Positions 30,791 through 40,739 of a stretch of 64,000 bases of DNA are shown in pieces. The stretch spans positions 10,773 through 74,772 of the IMG/VR virus record IMGVR_UViG_3300013772_000003. One strand, given 5' to 3'. Source of the DNA: a virus. Position 1 is the stretch's first letter. Each line of letters starts with the position of its first letter. The position numbers were made by a program, and so were the translations under genes. Under the pieces are notes generated by a model. That model was given only the letters and a program-made list of their open reading frames with translations, did not search any database and had not been told where the DNA came from.

Positions 30791-31345
30791 TTAACAGGCG
30801 ACTTTAAAGTTTAAATTTGCAAATTCTCCAAAATGTTTTTGTGCAGCAGAATCATAAGCCATTGCTGCCATTAATTCTCCTTCTGGAGTGAAAGGAAAAA
30901 GTCCTAATCTTATCTTTGTTCTATCGGGACATATTTGCGATAACCAGTAAGTATACTCATACTCTCTAATTCCGGGCTTTCTTTTATTTGTACGAACACA
31001 CTTCTGTATATACTTACACACTCCTAAAAACCCAGAGCTACTACCCGCTCTTGAAATTGTATTTACTGCATTTTGCTTTGGAGTAGCTATTCGTAAGTTT
31101 TTTCGTTGGTTATCTAATGTATCATGATTCTCGTGGTCTACAACCTTCTTATCCCCCTTAATACATCCCATAAGTTGCCGGTGCATTTTTATGTGATTAC
31201 GTGTCCCGTCCCTACGCTCCGCATACCAAGCAGGCGCTTTACGACTCTCATCCCGATGCGCAAACCACTTCCATTGCATCAAGAAATCATAATCCTCGTC
31301 ATCTACTTGTGCAAATTTTCCTTGTGTTAGCGGAATTAATTTCAT
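30791..31345 (-). CDS. HNH-AP2 homing endonuclease
   Basis: VDDEDY, MHRQLM, VDHENHDTLDNQRKNLR, AAMAYDSAA...GEFA; ATGA overlap with the portal stop. Confidence 0.9.
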   Translation of the reverse strand: MKLIPLTQGKFAQVDDEDYDFLMQWKWFAHRDESRKAPAWYAERRDGTRNHIKMHRQLMGCIKGDKKVVDHENHDTLDNQRKNLRIATPKQNAVNTISRAGSSSGFLGVCKYIQKCVRTNKRKPGIREYEYTYWLSQICPDRTKIRLGLFPFTPEGELMAAMAYDSAAQKHFGEFANLNFKVAC

Positions 31346-34116
31346 TTCTTTTTTGTTTTGTTTTTAGCAGCAAGTTCTGATTTTGATTTATTTTCTTTGG
31401 CTATTTGTAAATCTATGTTTTTCATCTGCATCTGTAACGCCATTTTCTCTCGCTGCACCTGCTGCTTGTCATTATTTAAAAGCTGTTTAGATTGCTCTTT
31501 GCTTTTTTCCAAATTCATTTGTTCGGTGAATGCGTCTTGTTTTTGTATTAAGCCCATTGCATCAAGAAATTCATTCTGCCCATTCGCGTCCACATCAACC
31601 GCACTACCATAACCAGCAGCACGTATCTCAGCAACAAGAACATTATTCTTCTCTCTGTTCGCTGCTAACACAGCCTCTCTATCATAAGCTAATTGGGATT
31701 CTTTTGCTATAGCTTCGTTTTGTGCATCCTGCATTTGTTGTTCATGCGCACGCTCTTCCTCTTTTGCCTTGGACGTTTTTTCTTCTATAGTTTTGAGTAC
31801 GTGCATAACTTCCGCCTTAGAATCACCGTTAAACATCAGATCTCCTAAATCGTATATGGTAGCACCCGTAGTATTGTTAGTCATCGCCTGCTTCTTAAAT
31901 TCTTCAAGAAGAGTTCTTGTCATTGAGTCCGTTGTACATTCCACGCCGATTTGGGCAAGAAGCAACTCTGTTCCGTTGATTTCAAAATTCACACGCTCAT
32001 CTTTAGATGTCACGTACTGCAATCGTATAGAAGGTTTGGTAGACTGATAAAACTGAGCAAGGTCTGTTCTCATCTGATGGACCCTTGGGAGTAAACGATC
32101 TGTATACCTTGTGAAATAAGGCTCTGTTTGTGCATAAGAAGCGTTCAGATTCTGTTCCGCACCGGTTGCAGTCTGTCTGCCCAACTCTTGTCCCATACGC
32201 TGAGGAGTCACTCCTATTGAAGAATATGCTTCCTGTTTAAAATGGTTTGCAAGATTGATACGACTTAATAGACGCTGCGTCTGTGACAGATCAAGTTGAG
32301 CATACGGCTGTCCACTTATCTGTCCTTCCATATTAGCAACAGAGGTATCAATGGGAATTACTCCAAAATTCTTTGCAGCTACAAAAGCTTTTGCAAAGTT
32401 GTTTTTTCCCCAATCCTCTCCAAGAGAATGTTGTGGAAGTGCATTTTGATCAAGCATAATAACAGTACCAATCTCGTCGATCAGGATGTCCTGAATCTGA
32501 TTGTTCACCATATTGTACCCCACCTGAAACGGTTTCAATAAGTCTACAAGAGAAATAGAACGAGTATTATAGTCAGAAAATACTGCACCCTCAACCGGCA
32601 ACTTACACCCGTAAAGCGTTTTGTCCCCCTTAAATTGAAACTTCAAGGGACCCATTTGGTTTTGATTTATTCCAAGATAGAGTGGATTCACTCCGCCGGG
32701 ATTCTTCATTCCCCACCAACTTGGACGGTTAGGACCTATTTTAAGTCCTCCCCATGTTTGGTTAATCCAAATCCATTCTATGTGCTCACCAAAAACCAAT
32801 GTGTCAGCATCTTTGTTTTTTAGCAGGAGGTTGTTGTAAACCGGATGATCGGTCACTTTATAGTCCTCATCAACGATGTCTGTAATTGTTTCCCCGTTCT
32901 CCTTAATCTTTGTAAGATGCCCTACCTTACGCTGAGATTTCCAATAAATAGTAGATGCGCGTAATAAAAACGTAGAGCCCAAATCCGTGTAATCTTCCTG
33001 CTGACTCATTATCCAATTGATAATATCGCCATTATTGGCATCTAAATCGCGGGTAGAAACAAGTTGTCTGTAAGCTAAACCCGGAGGTGCTGTGTTCCAC
33101 TCATGGCTTTGCGTAGCATCATAATATGATCCATCGTTTTGGTACCCGGATAATCCATAACCAACAGCTCTAACAGGGTAAAGTATCTCCAAAGATTCCA
33201 ATTGCTCTGCGGTCATTAACCATCCATACTTATCTACAACGTCTGCCACGGTAAGCATTTCTACGTTTCCTACATAATTACCTTCGGACACGTAACGAAC
33301 CGAAGGAGACTTATGGTAAAAGGTTGTAACCGGGTTCCATGCCTCAATATCATAATCATCTTCCAACATACGGAAGTGAAAAAAAGCTCTGTCGGCAGAC
33401 AGGCTATTACTAAAGTTAAGTTCCTCTAACTCTTTTAATTTAAAATGCGCTGTATCTGCGTGGAATTGGTGCATCGCCCACTGCTCTGACATACTGCGAT
33501 AAGTCTTACTGTAAAATTGGTGTATCTCAGGAAGCGACTTCAAACTGTCTGGGGAAAGCTGTTGCTTCATCTGCTCCTGAACCTGTGGATCATTCGGGTC
33601 AAGTCCTTGTTGAATCATATTGTTCAACATTTGCTTCTCCGCGTCTGCCATAAGCACGTCACTTATTTGAGAAATTTTTTGAGCGTCTTTTTCGTTTTGT
33701 GAAAACTCATCGGTGTTATAAAAAGTAATTTTACTGTTTCGTTTTGCAAACTCAGAGCAGAAAGTATTTATGATTGGAGGAATGAGGGGATAAAAACCAA
33801 GCTCCAAACCGATAGGCGCTTCTTTCTGTGTAAGAACTTCTGCAAGGTCGCGCATCTCATTATCCTGAACAACCATGTAATCACTGTTGTCAATAATTCC
33901 TTTGGACAGTTTATAATTTTTCATCAGTCGCGGAGCGTTGCGACGTATTTGTTTTAGTCCGTTCCATTCTAAAAAATCTATGGTGCTCGCTAAATGTTCG
34001 GGTGTTTTATCTTTGCGAGGAAGCATCTGAATCGGCATACTAAGAACGCCCATAGAATTAGTCTCTGGCGAAGCTTTCTTTCCTTTGAACAAATCGTAAC
34101 TTGACAAAACTTGCAT
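31342..34116 (-). CDS. Portal protein
   Basis: 924 aa; YPLIPP, SLVDLLKPFQ..YN, GVTPQRMGQ; between TerL and MCP. Confidence 0.9.
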   Translation of the reverse strand: MQVLSSYDLFKGKKASPETNSMGVLSMPIQMLPRKDKTPEHLASTIDFLEWNGLKQIRRNAPRLMKNYKLSKGIIDNSDYMVVQDNEMRDLAEVLTQKEAPIGLELGFYPLIPPIINTFCSEFAKRNSKITFYNTDEFSQNEKDAQKISQISDVLMADAEKQMLNNMIQQGLDPNDPQVQEQMKQQLSPDSLKSLPEIHQFYSKTYRSMSEQWAMHQFHADTAHFKLKELEELNFSNSLSADRAFFHFRMLEDDYDIEAWNPVTTFYHKSPSVRYVSEGNYVGNVEMLTVADVVDKYGWLMTAEQLESLEILYPVRAVGYGLSGYQNDGSYYDATQSHEWNTAPPGLAYRQLVSTRDLDANNGDIINWIMSQQEDYTDLGSTFLLRASTIYWKSQRKVGHLTKIKENGETITDIVDEDYKVTDHPVYNNLLLKNKDADTLVFGEHIEWIWINQTWGGLKIGPNRPSWWGMKNPGGVNPLYLGINQNQMGPLKFQFKGDKTLYGCKLPVEGAVFSDYNTRSISLVDLLKPFQVGYNMVNNQIQDILIDEIGTVIMLDQNALPQHSLGEDWGKNNFAKAFVAAKNFGVIPIDTSVANMEGQISGQPYAQLDLSQTQRLLSRINLANHFKQEAYSSIGVTPQRMGQELGRQTATGAEQNLNASYAQTEPYFTRYTDRLLPRVHQMRTDLAQFYQSTKPSIRLQYVTSKDERVNFEINGTELLLAQIGVECTTDSMTRTLLEEFKKQAMTNNTTGATIYDLGDLMFNGDSKAEVMHVLKTIEEKTSKAKEEERAHEQQMQDAQNEAIAKESQLAYDREAVLAANREKNNVLVAEIRAAGYGSAVDVDANGQNEFLDAMGLIQKQDAFTEQMNLEKSKEQSKQLLNNDKQQVQREKMALQMQMKNIDLQIAKENKSKSELAAKNKTKKK

Positions 34117-34167
34117 GGTGTGGAGTATTAGATATTGTTACAAATATAATTCATTTTATTTTAAACC

Positions 34168-36411
34168 TTACCCGAAGTTCTTAAAAGGATTTCTGTCCGG
34201 TTTATACACGCTTCCTTTTTGTTGTTGTCCTAAGTGTTTAAATGCTGTCTTTTTTATATCGTAAGGATTGACATAATCCTTTTTTTGTTCCTTATCCAAA
34301 TTCTCTTTTACCTTCTTATTTCCTCTTATTGCGTGCTGCACCTTCAAAAAGGCAACTAATGCTGCAAATGCTACAAGTCTATCCACGTTAAGCCCTTTAA
34401 CGTATGCCTCCATCTCTTTCAGGAGCATTATGTCTGGAATACGTTCTATTCCGTAAGTTACTTTTACCGGCGTTCCGTCAGGCAAAAATTCGGTGTGAAG
34501 TTCCTCTTTTAAAAAATCTATTGCATAGTTTAAATAGTCATTAGAAAAAACCGTGCCTGTATTTCTCCACCCAAATTCACAAGGAGTGTTGTTGGTTGTA
34601 GCTCCGAACTCTTTCCTAAAAATCATTTGATCACCGGGAACTAAATATTTTGTTTTCTTCTTATGCTTCATGTGCTGAATAAATCCAGAAATATTCACCT
34701 CCACAACAGTCCACGCATTGTACAACTCAATTAACATTTCGCACAACTCATGGTTTTTGTTTACATCTTCATGCCTTCCGCACCATGATGCCACGATCTT
34801 ACCCCCTTCTATGAAAATTTTAGTTTCTCCTTTCTGTGTACGCTCTACCTCAATATCTCGCTTATAAACAATAATGCTCACCAAAGACACTGATGAATTT
34901 GTACCTCCAACGTCAACCGGATCTATTGACGCATAGTAGGTGTCCCATTCTGGATTATCCCTCGGACGCTCATAAATAGTAATACAGCCCTCTTTGCTAT
35001 TTGCCCGCTTTGATAAAGGGAACTCCATAATGGGAGATTTGTTTGTAGGTTTAAAAATAACTTTCCCGTTTTCATTCCTCTCCAACTCCACAAACTCCAT
35101 CGGATAGGCTTTTGTTTCAATACGACGCATTTGTGCCGCAAGAAGATTTGTAGGAAAAATAGAATCCTTACGAATCGCAAAAGCCTCTTTAATAGATAAA
35201 GGACGCTGAGAGCAATAATACCTATAAGATTCGGGCTTCTTTAGTTTCGCACGTTTGCGTCTACGTTCTATCTCAGCGAGGGCTCCTTCTTTGTTTGTAT
35301 TTCCCCATTTATCATAGAACTTCACGACCTCACCTCCCGTCTCATCTTCCTCATCGTCAGAACCAGAAACATAATTCCACCACTCTGGAGCAAAGAATCC
35401 AACCTTTTCTCCAAACTCCGCATCATCCTCAATCTCGTTTACACACCCAAGAAAATCATTATCTTCAGGATTCAAAATGTAGTGCTTCAATGCATCCGCT
35501 TTTTCCAATTCCCCCACCGCTCCGGAGTACATGATCAACCCCGTAGTTAATCCTCCCAAAGACACGTTAGAAGTAATATATTCGTGAGTCTTTGCTCCTG
35601 TACCGTTTTTACCAAACTCTTCTCCAAAAATAACGGTTGCAATACCTCCAACGCCGTTGGTGGGGTCTTGCTTAGTTGTAAATCCTTTTGCAATAGACAT
35701 ATTCCCTACATACCCAGAGCCATCCTTTTTCTTCCTACGTATCTGCCAGTCTAACTTTTTTGAAGGGTCGAATCCTCGTTTCCATCCGCAGTACGTGTTA
35801 ACATGATCTCGATACTTCTCCATAAGTCCCCACGAATCCTTCACGGAAATTTCATCAGACGCGAATACTTTAGCAACAGAGCCCTTCCCAAACCAAATGT
35901 CATTCATAATGATTGACATATTCTTCAGAGAATATCCTGCTTGACGTTTCTTTAAAATAACTCCATATTTTCTGCGTAAAATACAACGAAGGATATACAA
36001 ATAATAATGGTAGTCTCCGTCGTAAATTTCAGGAAGGTCTGGACGCTTTTTTACTTTATCAGGTATTGGACAATAATTAAGATACCAATACATCAATCCG
36101 GGAACTGCATACTCTAATTTTTCAGATTTCTTTTTGTAGATAACAAATCCATCGAACTTACATTTTTCTTTTTCTGCATCCCAATGTTTTTTGAAGTCAA
36201 GGGATTTGCTCATGTAAACAGGGTATTGTCCTGTCTTCTGCCAAATCTTTCCTTGTGCGTTCCAATACCCGTCTGTATATTTTAAACGATAATTCCCGGG
36301 ATACTTTACTTGCGAATTTATGTATTGGATTACTTCCCTCTGTGTTTCAAACTCAGTGGTTCCCCATGTTTCGGTATCGAGATTATATGTAGGGGCGGAG
36401 TAGTAACTCAT
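34168..36411 (-). CDS. terL: Terminase large subunit
   Basis: Walker A-like LKKRQAGYS, Walker B IFGEE, nuclease IDPVD and NVDRL; YWYLNYCPI. Confidence 0.92.
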   Translation of the reverse strand: MSYYSAPTYNLDTETWGTTEFETQREVIQYINSQVKYPGNYRLKYTDGYWNAQGKIWQKTGQYPVYMSKSLDFKKHWDAEKEKCKFDGFVIYKKKSEKLEYAVPGLMYWYLNYCPIPDKVKKRPDLPEIYDGDYHYYLYILRCILRRKYGVILKKRQAGYSLKNMSIIMNDIWFGKGSVAKVFASDEISVKDSWGLMEKYRDHVNTYCGWKRGFDPSKKLDWQIRRKKKDGSGYVGNMSIAKGFTTKQDPTNGVGGIATVIFGEEFGKNGTGAKTHEYITSNVSLGGLTTGLIMYSGAVGELEKADALKHYILNPEDNDFLGCVNEIEDDAEFGEKVGFFAPEWWNYVSGSDDEEDETGGEVVKFYDKWGNTNKEGALAEIERRRKRAKLKKPESYRYYCSQRPLSIKEAFAIRKDSIFPTNLLAAQMRRIETKAYPMEFVELERNENGKVIFKPTNKSPIMEFPLSKRANSKEGCITIYERPRDNPEWDTYYASIDPVDVGGTNSSVSLVSIIVYKRDIEVERTQKGETKIFIEGGKIVASWCGRHEDVNKNHELCEMLIELYNAWTVVEVNISGFIQHMKHKKKTKYLVPGDQMIFRKEFGATTNNTPCEFGWRNTGTVFSNDYLNYAIDFLKEELHTEFLPDGTPVKVTYGIERIPDIMLLKEMEAYVKGLNVDRLVAFAALVAFLKVQHAIRGNKKVKENLDKEQKKDYVNPYDIKKTAFKHLGQQQKGSVYKPDRNPFKNFG

Positions 36412-36905
36412 TATTCATCATAGCTACTTTGCTGCGTCCCACGTAACGTAGAAACCTCCTCTTGAAAAACTTTTTCCAATTGTTGAAATTCAGAAACTAT
36501 TTTTCCAACGGACTTCAGCATCCCTGAAATTGTAGCGTCCGAACCGTCTCTTCCTGACGTCAACTTTGTTGTGGATAAGTACTCCCCCATATTCTCCAAT
36601 CCTTCCTTCGCATGATAATAGAACCGACGAGTAGGAGTCAAATATAATTCATTTGCCTTATCCAACGCTGTCTCTATATCAGCGTCATCTAAAGAAAAGT
36701 CAATCCCCATATCACGGGCAATAGTTTCAGACTTATCTGCCTCCGGAACCCCTGCGTAGGGACTACTGGGATTAGTCATAAATTCAACGTAAGAAATAGC
36801 AGGTATCGGATCTTTAAATTTGCCTACAAGCACTTTAAACTCAGGGATGAGTAGGCATGTTGGAGTCAGTACCACCTTGTTATTTTCTACATCAAAAATC
36901 TTCAC
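36411..36905 (-). CDS. Conserved protein upstream of TerL (terminase small subunit candidate)
   Basis: Translationally coupled to TerL; LLIPEFK, SPYA. Confidence 0.5.
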   Translation of the reverse strand: MKIFDVENNKVVLTPTCLLIPEFKVLVGKFKDPIPAISYVEFMTNPSSPYAGVPEADKSETIARDMGIDFSLDDADIETALDKANELYLTPTRRFYYHAKEGLENMGEYLSTTKLTSGRDGSDATISGMLKSVGKIVSEFQQLEKVFQEEVSTLRGTQQSSYDE

Positions 36906-37738
36906 GTTTTCTTCCTTAAATTATGTCTGTTATCCTTCAACCAATTGAAAATCGCTTCCACTTCCGACCTTAAATACTTCGCTTCATACGGAACAATCTT
37001 GTCCACAACGGGATTCCCCCAATCATCCAGAAGAATTATTGGGTCGCCGTATTGATCTTCCCCTGCAATCGCAAAAACAGCATGTTCGATAATTAATTTT
37101 CCAACTGATAATTGCGGATTGTGCTTGAGCATCATATAGGCATACATACTTAACTGCAAGGAATACGCTTGAAAATTGCAATCCTCAAGATGAGAAACAG
37201 GCGTCAACATCATCTTAGAAGTCCCCGAATAAGGATTGAAGTAACTCTCGGTTTCTATCTTCTGATTTGTTTTGTAATCTCGTACGTTCAAAATATTATT
37301 AGCCACCTCTACATAGTCTACCTGTCCACACACACCAACCGTTTTTAGGTAAACCATGTGCTCAGGATAAATCCAACCGTTCTCCAGTTTTTGTTCGGGC
37401 GCCTTTTTTACGCCTTCCTCCTCAATAGGAGCCTGCACCATAAATTCCTCTCCGGAAATGTCCACCGTTTCGCACGATAATAACTCAGCCTCCTGAACCT
37501 TGTGGTAGGCAGTTCCTACATCACAACTTCTGTCCGCTTTATTTTTCCAAATCCATTGAATCTCTTCCGGGTCCATCCCATACCATTTGGATTTTTTGTT
37601 CTTGGAACACCTCAAAGACATTCCTTTTGGATCAAAATTTTCTTTGAATTGCCCAGCAAGTGTGCTGACCGATACCCAATCTATTCCATCAGGAAGAACA
37701 GACTCGTAACGATGTCCATCTGTAACGAACGTGATCAA
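36902..37738 (-). CDS. PD-(D/E)XK (RecB/Cas4-like) nuclease
   Basis: SVST, GTAYH, EHMVY, GQVD, DYKTN, YSLQLSMY. Confidence 0.85.
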   Translation of the reverse strand: MITFVTDGHRYESVLPDGIDWVSVSTLAGQFKENFDPKGMSLRCSKNKKSKWYGMDPEEIQWIWKNKADRSCDVGTAYHKVQEAELLSCETVDISGEEFMVQAPIEEEGVKKAPEQKLENGWIYPEHMVYLKTVGVCGQVDYVEVANNILNVRDYKTNQKIETESYFNPYSGTSKMMLTPVSHLEDCNFQAYSLQLSMYAYMMLKHNPQLSVGKLIIEHAVFAIAGEDQYGDPIILLDDWGNPVVDKIVPYEAKYLRSEVEAIFNWLKDNRHNLRKKT

Positions 37739-37977
37739 AATATTTGAATAAAGTTTGAGTTATAAGCCTCGCGGTTTGTGTTCTTAATCCACTTATCGAA
37801 CTCCGTTGTAACCATCGACATTATTGTCTGCCCTTTGACCATAATTACTTTATGATTGTCATCCGCAAATTCTACGTCATAACTATATGGAGGAATACCT
37901 GCAAGTTCTTCTACTTTCCAGTTCTGAGGCTTCCACTCCTCTTCTTTCATTTTCTTAATAAATACTTCGATCGTCAT
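37735..37977 (-). CDS. Hypothetical protein
   Basis: 80 aa in a tightly packed operon. Confidence 0.6.
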   Translation of the reverse strand: MTIEVFIKKMKEEEWKPQNWKVEELAGIPPYSYDVEFADDNHKVIMVKGQTIMSMVTTEFDKWIKNTNREAYNSNFIQIF

Positions 37978-37980
37978 AAC

Positions 37981-38217
37981 TTAAAATATAAAACCTTTCG
38001 TTTTCTCTTTGTACCAACTCTCAAAATTCTCAGCATCCAACGCTCGCACGGTAAGTTCGGAAATCAATAATTGTCGAGTACCTTTGCGGAACGTTATATC
38101 CATTATTGTGTAATCCTCTACTAAATAGCTACTAAGATCGTAATTAGGAACAATGCCGTAAGAAGGCTTTTCCCAATCCTTTGTCTTCATTAATGTTTCA
38201 AAACACGCTACATCCAT
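37981..38217 (-). CDS. Hypothetical protein
   Basis: 78 aa in operon. Confidence 0.6.
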   Translation of the reverse strand: MDVACFETLMKTKDWEKPSYGIVPNYDLSSYLVEDYTIMDITFRKGTRQLLISELTVRALDAENFESWYKEKTKGFIF

Positions 38218-38219
38218 AA

Positions 38220-38612
38220 CTATTTATCCGTTATAATTTTTCGACACCTCTTACACCGCATACCCACCTGTCCATTTAAACATGTGAAGTTTTTTGGCAT
38301 ACCAAAATACGTTCTTGAAACTTCGTCTCTGCCCAACACTTCTCCGCTTTCCTGCACGCAAAACCGCACAGCATCCCACTCATGTTTGCAAAAAACTTTG
38401 CGAAAATAATTACGCAAGAAAGGAGGAACAAAAGCGGTTAGAATTTCCCTCCTCTTATCTCTGCGTTTCTTACTCCTGATTAACCAGTCCCTAATGTCAT
38501 CCTCTCTAAACTGCTTATGCAAAATATATATTTTGTTTTTTTTTGTTTGTTCGCTCCAATCTGGATCAAGCAAAATCGACGCTTCTAACTCTTTTCTTTG
38601 CTTTTTAGTCAT
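38220..38612 (-). CDS. Hypothetical protein with CxH...CxxC zinc motif
   Basis: FCKHEW...CKRC. Confidence 0.6.
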   Translation of the reverse strand: MTKKQRKELEASILLDPDWSEQTKKNKIYILHKQFREDDIRDWLIRSKKRRDKRREILTAFVPPFLRNYFRKVFCKHEWDAVRFCVQESGEVLGRDEVSRTYFGMPKNFTCLNGQVGMRCKRCRKIITDK

Positions 38613-38613
38613 G

Positions 38614-38742
38614 TTAACGCTTTATCATGTTCATGTTGGTGAACTTTGGGTTTTCGCGAAAGGTTTTGAGCCAATCTAAGAAGTGTTTGTTACGTTGATT
38701 CGCACTTGTCTTTGCTGTTCTTTTTCGTCCTTGCTTACTCAT
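38614..38742 (-). CDS. Small basic protein
   Basis: MSKQGRKRTAK...; fills the gap between neighbours. Confidence 0.5.
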   Translation of the reverse strand: MSKQGRKRTAKTSANQRNKHFLDWLKTFRENPKFTNMNMIKR

Positions 38743-38744
38743 AA

Positions 38745-38954
38745 CTATACCTCTAAAAGTTTCTTTGCTTCCTCGGCGTCCACCGCCTCGATAATTTCCA
38801 CCACATGCTCTGCCCAAGTTTTATCGCACATTTCCTGCTCCAATATTCCAACCAATTCTGTGGTACCCTCGGCTTTACTCCGTTCCATTTTTCCCTTCTT
38901 CCATATCCCAAACTTATGGGTTAATACTTCGATTACTTTTTCTCTATTTTTCAT
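38745..38954 (-). CDS. Hypothetical protein (paralog of 38956-39168)
   Basis: MKNRE...GIL...DAEEAKKLLEV. Confidence 0.7.
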   Translation of the reverse strand: MKNREKVIEVLTHKFGIWKKGKMERSKAEGTTELVGILEQEMCDKTWAEHVVEIIEAVDAEEAKKLLEV

Positions 38955-38955
38955 A

Positions 38956-39168
38956 TTATACTTCTGTTAGTTTTTTAGCTTCCTGCGCGTCTATCATTCC
39001 AATAATGTCCACGACACTCCTCGCCAAATCTTCATGGGTCAAGGTGGGTTGGTCTAATATTCCAATGGTTTGCGTAGCACCGTCCTCCATCTGTTGCACT
39101 ATTTTTCCCTCTCGCCACATCTTAAACTGGCGAGTTAATGCTTCAACAACTACTTCTTTGTTTTTCAT
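38956..39168 (-). CDS. Hypothetical protein (paralog of 38745-38954)
   Basis: MKNKE...GIL...DAQEAKKLTEV. Confidence 0.7.
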   Translation of the reverse strand: MKNKEVVVEALTRQFKMWREGKIVQQMEDGATQTIGILDQPTLTHEDLARSVVDIIGMIDAQEAKKLTEV

Positions 39169-39170
39169 AT

Positions 39171-39515
39171 CTATTCGTTTTTAATTCCGGTCTTCTCTCT
39201 GAATTTCTTTTCCTGTTCCTCTGTCAACTCTGCATCCCATAAAGGAAATCTACCTTGGTCTTTAAGCGTACAATAACTGCTCAAGCTCCGGCTTTTAAAT
39301 TTTATTCTGCATCCGCATCCTGCACAAGTGGGCGCTCCCGGTACCACAGCTATAGGAGAAGTACCCTCTTTATCATAAAGCCCGCAAGCATTGCTTTCAC
39401 AGAGCTTAGTCCTCTTTTCTGCTATCGTCTCCACATAGCTGTTCGGAAACCAAGTGTACCGAATCCCTTCGGCTATTTTCCATCTGTTCTTCCAAATATT
39501 TAATAATTTTTTCAT
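39171..39515 (-). CDS. Zn-finger protein (crAss-type)
   Basis: KRTKLCESNAC...CAGCGCRIKFKSRSLSSYC...W. Confidence 0.7.
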   Translation of the reverse strand: MKKLLNIWKNRWKIAEGIRYTWFPNSYVETIAEKRTKLCESNACGLYDKEGTSPIAVVPGAPTCAGCGCRIKFKSRSLSSYCTLKDQGRFPLWDAELTEEQEKKFREKTGIKNE

Positions 39516-39939
39516 CTACTGTTCCTTTCTCTTTTAATTGCTTCAAGTATTCAGGATAATGTTCCTCCCGCATCTCGTTCTGTTTTTTTCTTATGTCCGC
39601 TTTTTTCTTATGTTCCTGTTGGAATACATTATAAATCGCCTCTACTCTGTTAAACTCCTCCCTGTACTTATTACATACTGCCTGTTTTTTTACGCTGCCT
39701 CCGTGATTCTGAGTAGCCTTAATCCGCTTTCGCAAAGACAATAATCTCTTTTCCAACCTCCAATGCTTCAGGTAGAATGTTCCAAGCCCGGGCATCTCAA
39801 GCTTCGTCCTCTCCAACTTCGCCATTTCCTTCCGGTAATATTTCCAATACCAAAGAACCAACACCTTAACCTCGGACTCAGGCAGCGACAGTTGCTCTGC
39901 TGTCTGTTTTACTATTTTTGTCCAGTGCGTCGGCTTCAA
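39406..39939 (-). CDS. IHF/HU-like DNA-binding protein
   Basis: IVKQTAEQLSLPESEV...LEMPGLGTFYL. Confidence 0.7.
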   Translation of the reverse strand: MKPTHWTKIVKQTAEQLSLPESEVKVLVLWYWKYYRKEMAKLERTKLEMPGLGTFYLKHWRLEKRLLSLRKRIKATQNHGGSVKKQAVCNKYREEFNRVEAIYNVFQQEHKKKADIRKKQNEMREEHYPEYLKQLKEKGTVDEKIIKYLEEQMENSRRDSVHLVSEQLCGDDSRKED

Positions 39940-40288
39940 GTCTGATTATTTTATACTTCAACAAGATATTCCCAGATGTCTGTATTCCCAACTCAGGATT
40001 CAGGGATATTCTCTTTTTTCCCGCACCCTCTTTTATACATAATTTACTTTTCTCGATCCGTGACAAACAGTTGTTTACTGCGGAAGGGCTTCCCATCACC
40101 TTCAATTCAGATGCCAACGCGCAGAACTCAGTCAAACGCATCTTTCCTCGGCAACCCAAAAGCGCCAAACACTCCAGTTCCGTCGCATTTAAAACAACCT
40201 TATGTAAAAAGCAATACACAACGATTTGTAGCTTTACAATATCATTCAAATCATGACGGATGGTTTTATCTACCTGATTAAATACCAC
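39878..40288 (-). CDS. RepL-like winged-helix protein
   Basis: LNATELECLA...SPSAVNNCLSRIEKSKL...ISLNP; crAss synteny with IHF. Confidence 0.6.
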   Translation of the reverse strand: MVFNQVDKTIRHDLNDIVKLQIVVYCFLHKVVLNATELECLALLGCRGKMRLTEFCALASELKVMGSPSAVNNCLSRIEKSKLCIKEGAGKKRISLNPELGIQTSGNILLKYKIIRLEADALDKNSKTDSRATVAA

Positions 40289-40524
40289 TACGCTGGTTTC
40301 TTAGGATTATCCGCAGGTTCTTCTTTTTGGGAAGATTCGAACTCCGCCATTTTAGCTTTCACTAATTTGCGGTTCAAAATGTGAGAGTCAATTTTAAATT
40401 GTAACGCCACTAACTCCTCCTGCTTACGAAGCAAAGGAAGTTGCGCATCGCAAAACGCATCAAGGTTCTTAGCGTATTCGTCTAAAGTGTCTTTTGTTGG
40501 TTGTTGTTCTATTATTTCTGACAT
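40288..40524 (-). CDS. Hypothetical coiled-coil protein
   Basis: Probable start MSEIIE at 40524, preceded by ACTCC. Confidence 0.6.
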   Translation of the reverse strand: MSEIIEQQPTKDTLDEYAKNLDAFCDAQLPLLRKQEELVALQFKIDSHILNRKLVKAKMAEFESSQKEEPADNPKKPA

Positions 40525-40739
40525 GGAGTTGGTTTTATGTCCCAAAAATAATAAACAATGTGTTATTGTTAGAAAAAAGTTTTTAACAACGTGTTTTTAT
40601 GCAGAAAATAAAAACAAAAAACACCAGCTATGGAGGCGACGTTTCTATATTTTCATTGGGAAACCCTAAAATAACCTAAGAAACATTTTTAATTCCTACA
40701 CAAATAAATATTTTTAGTGTAATTGTGTAGAAAATATTT

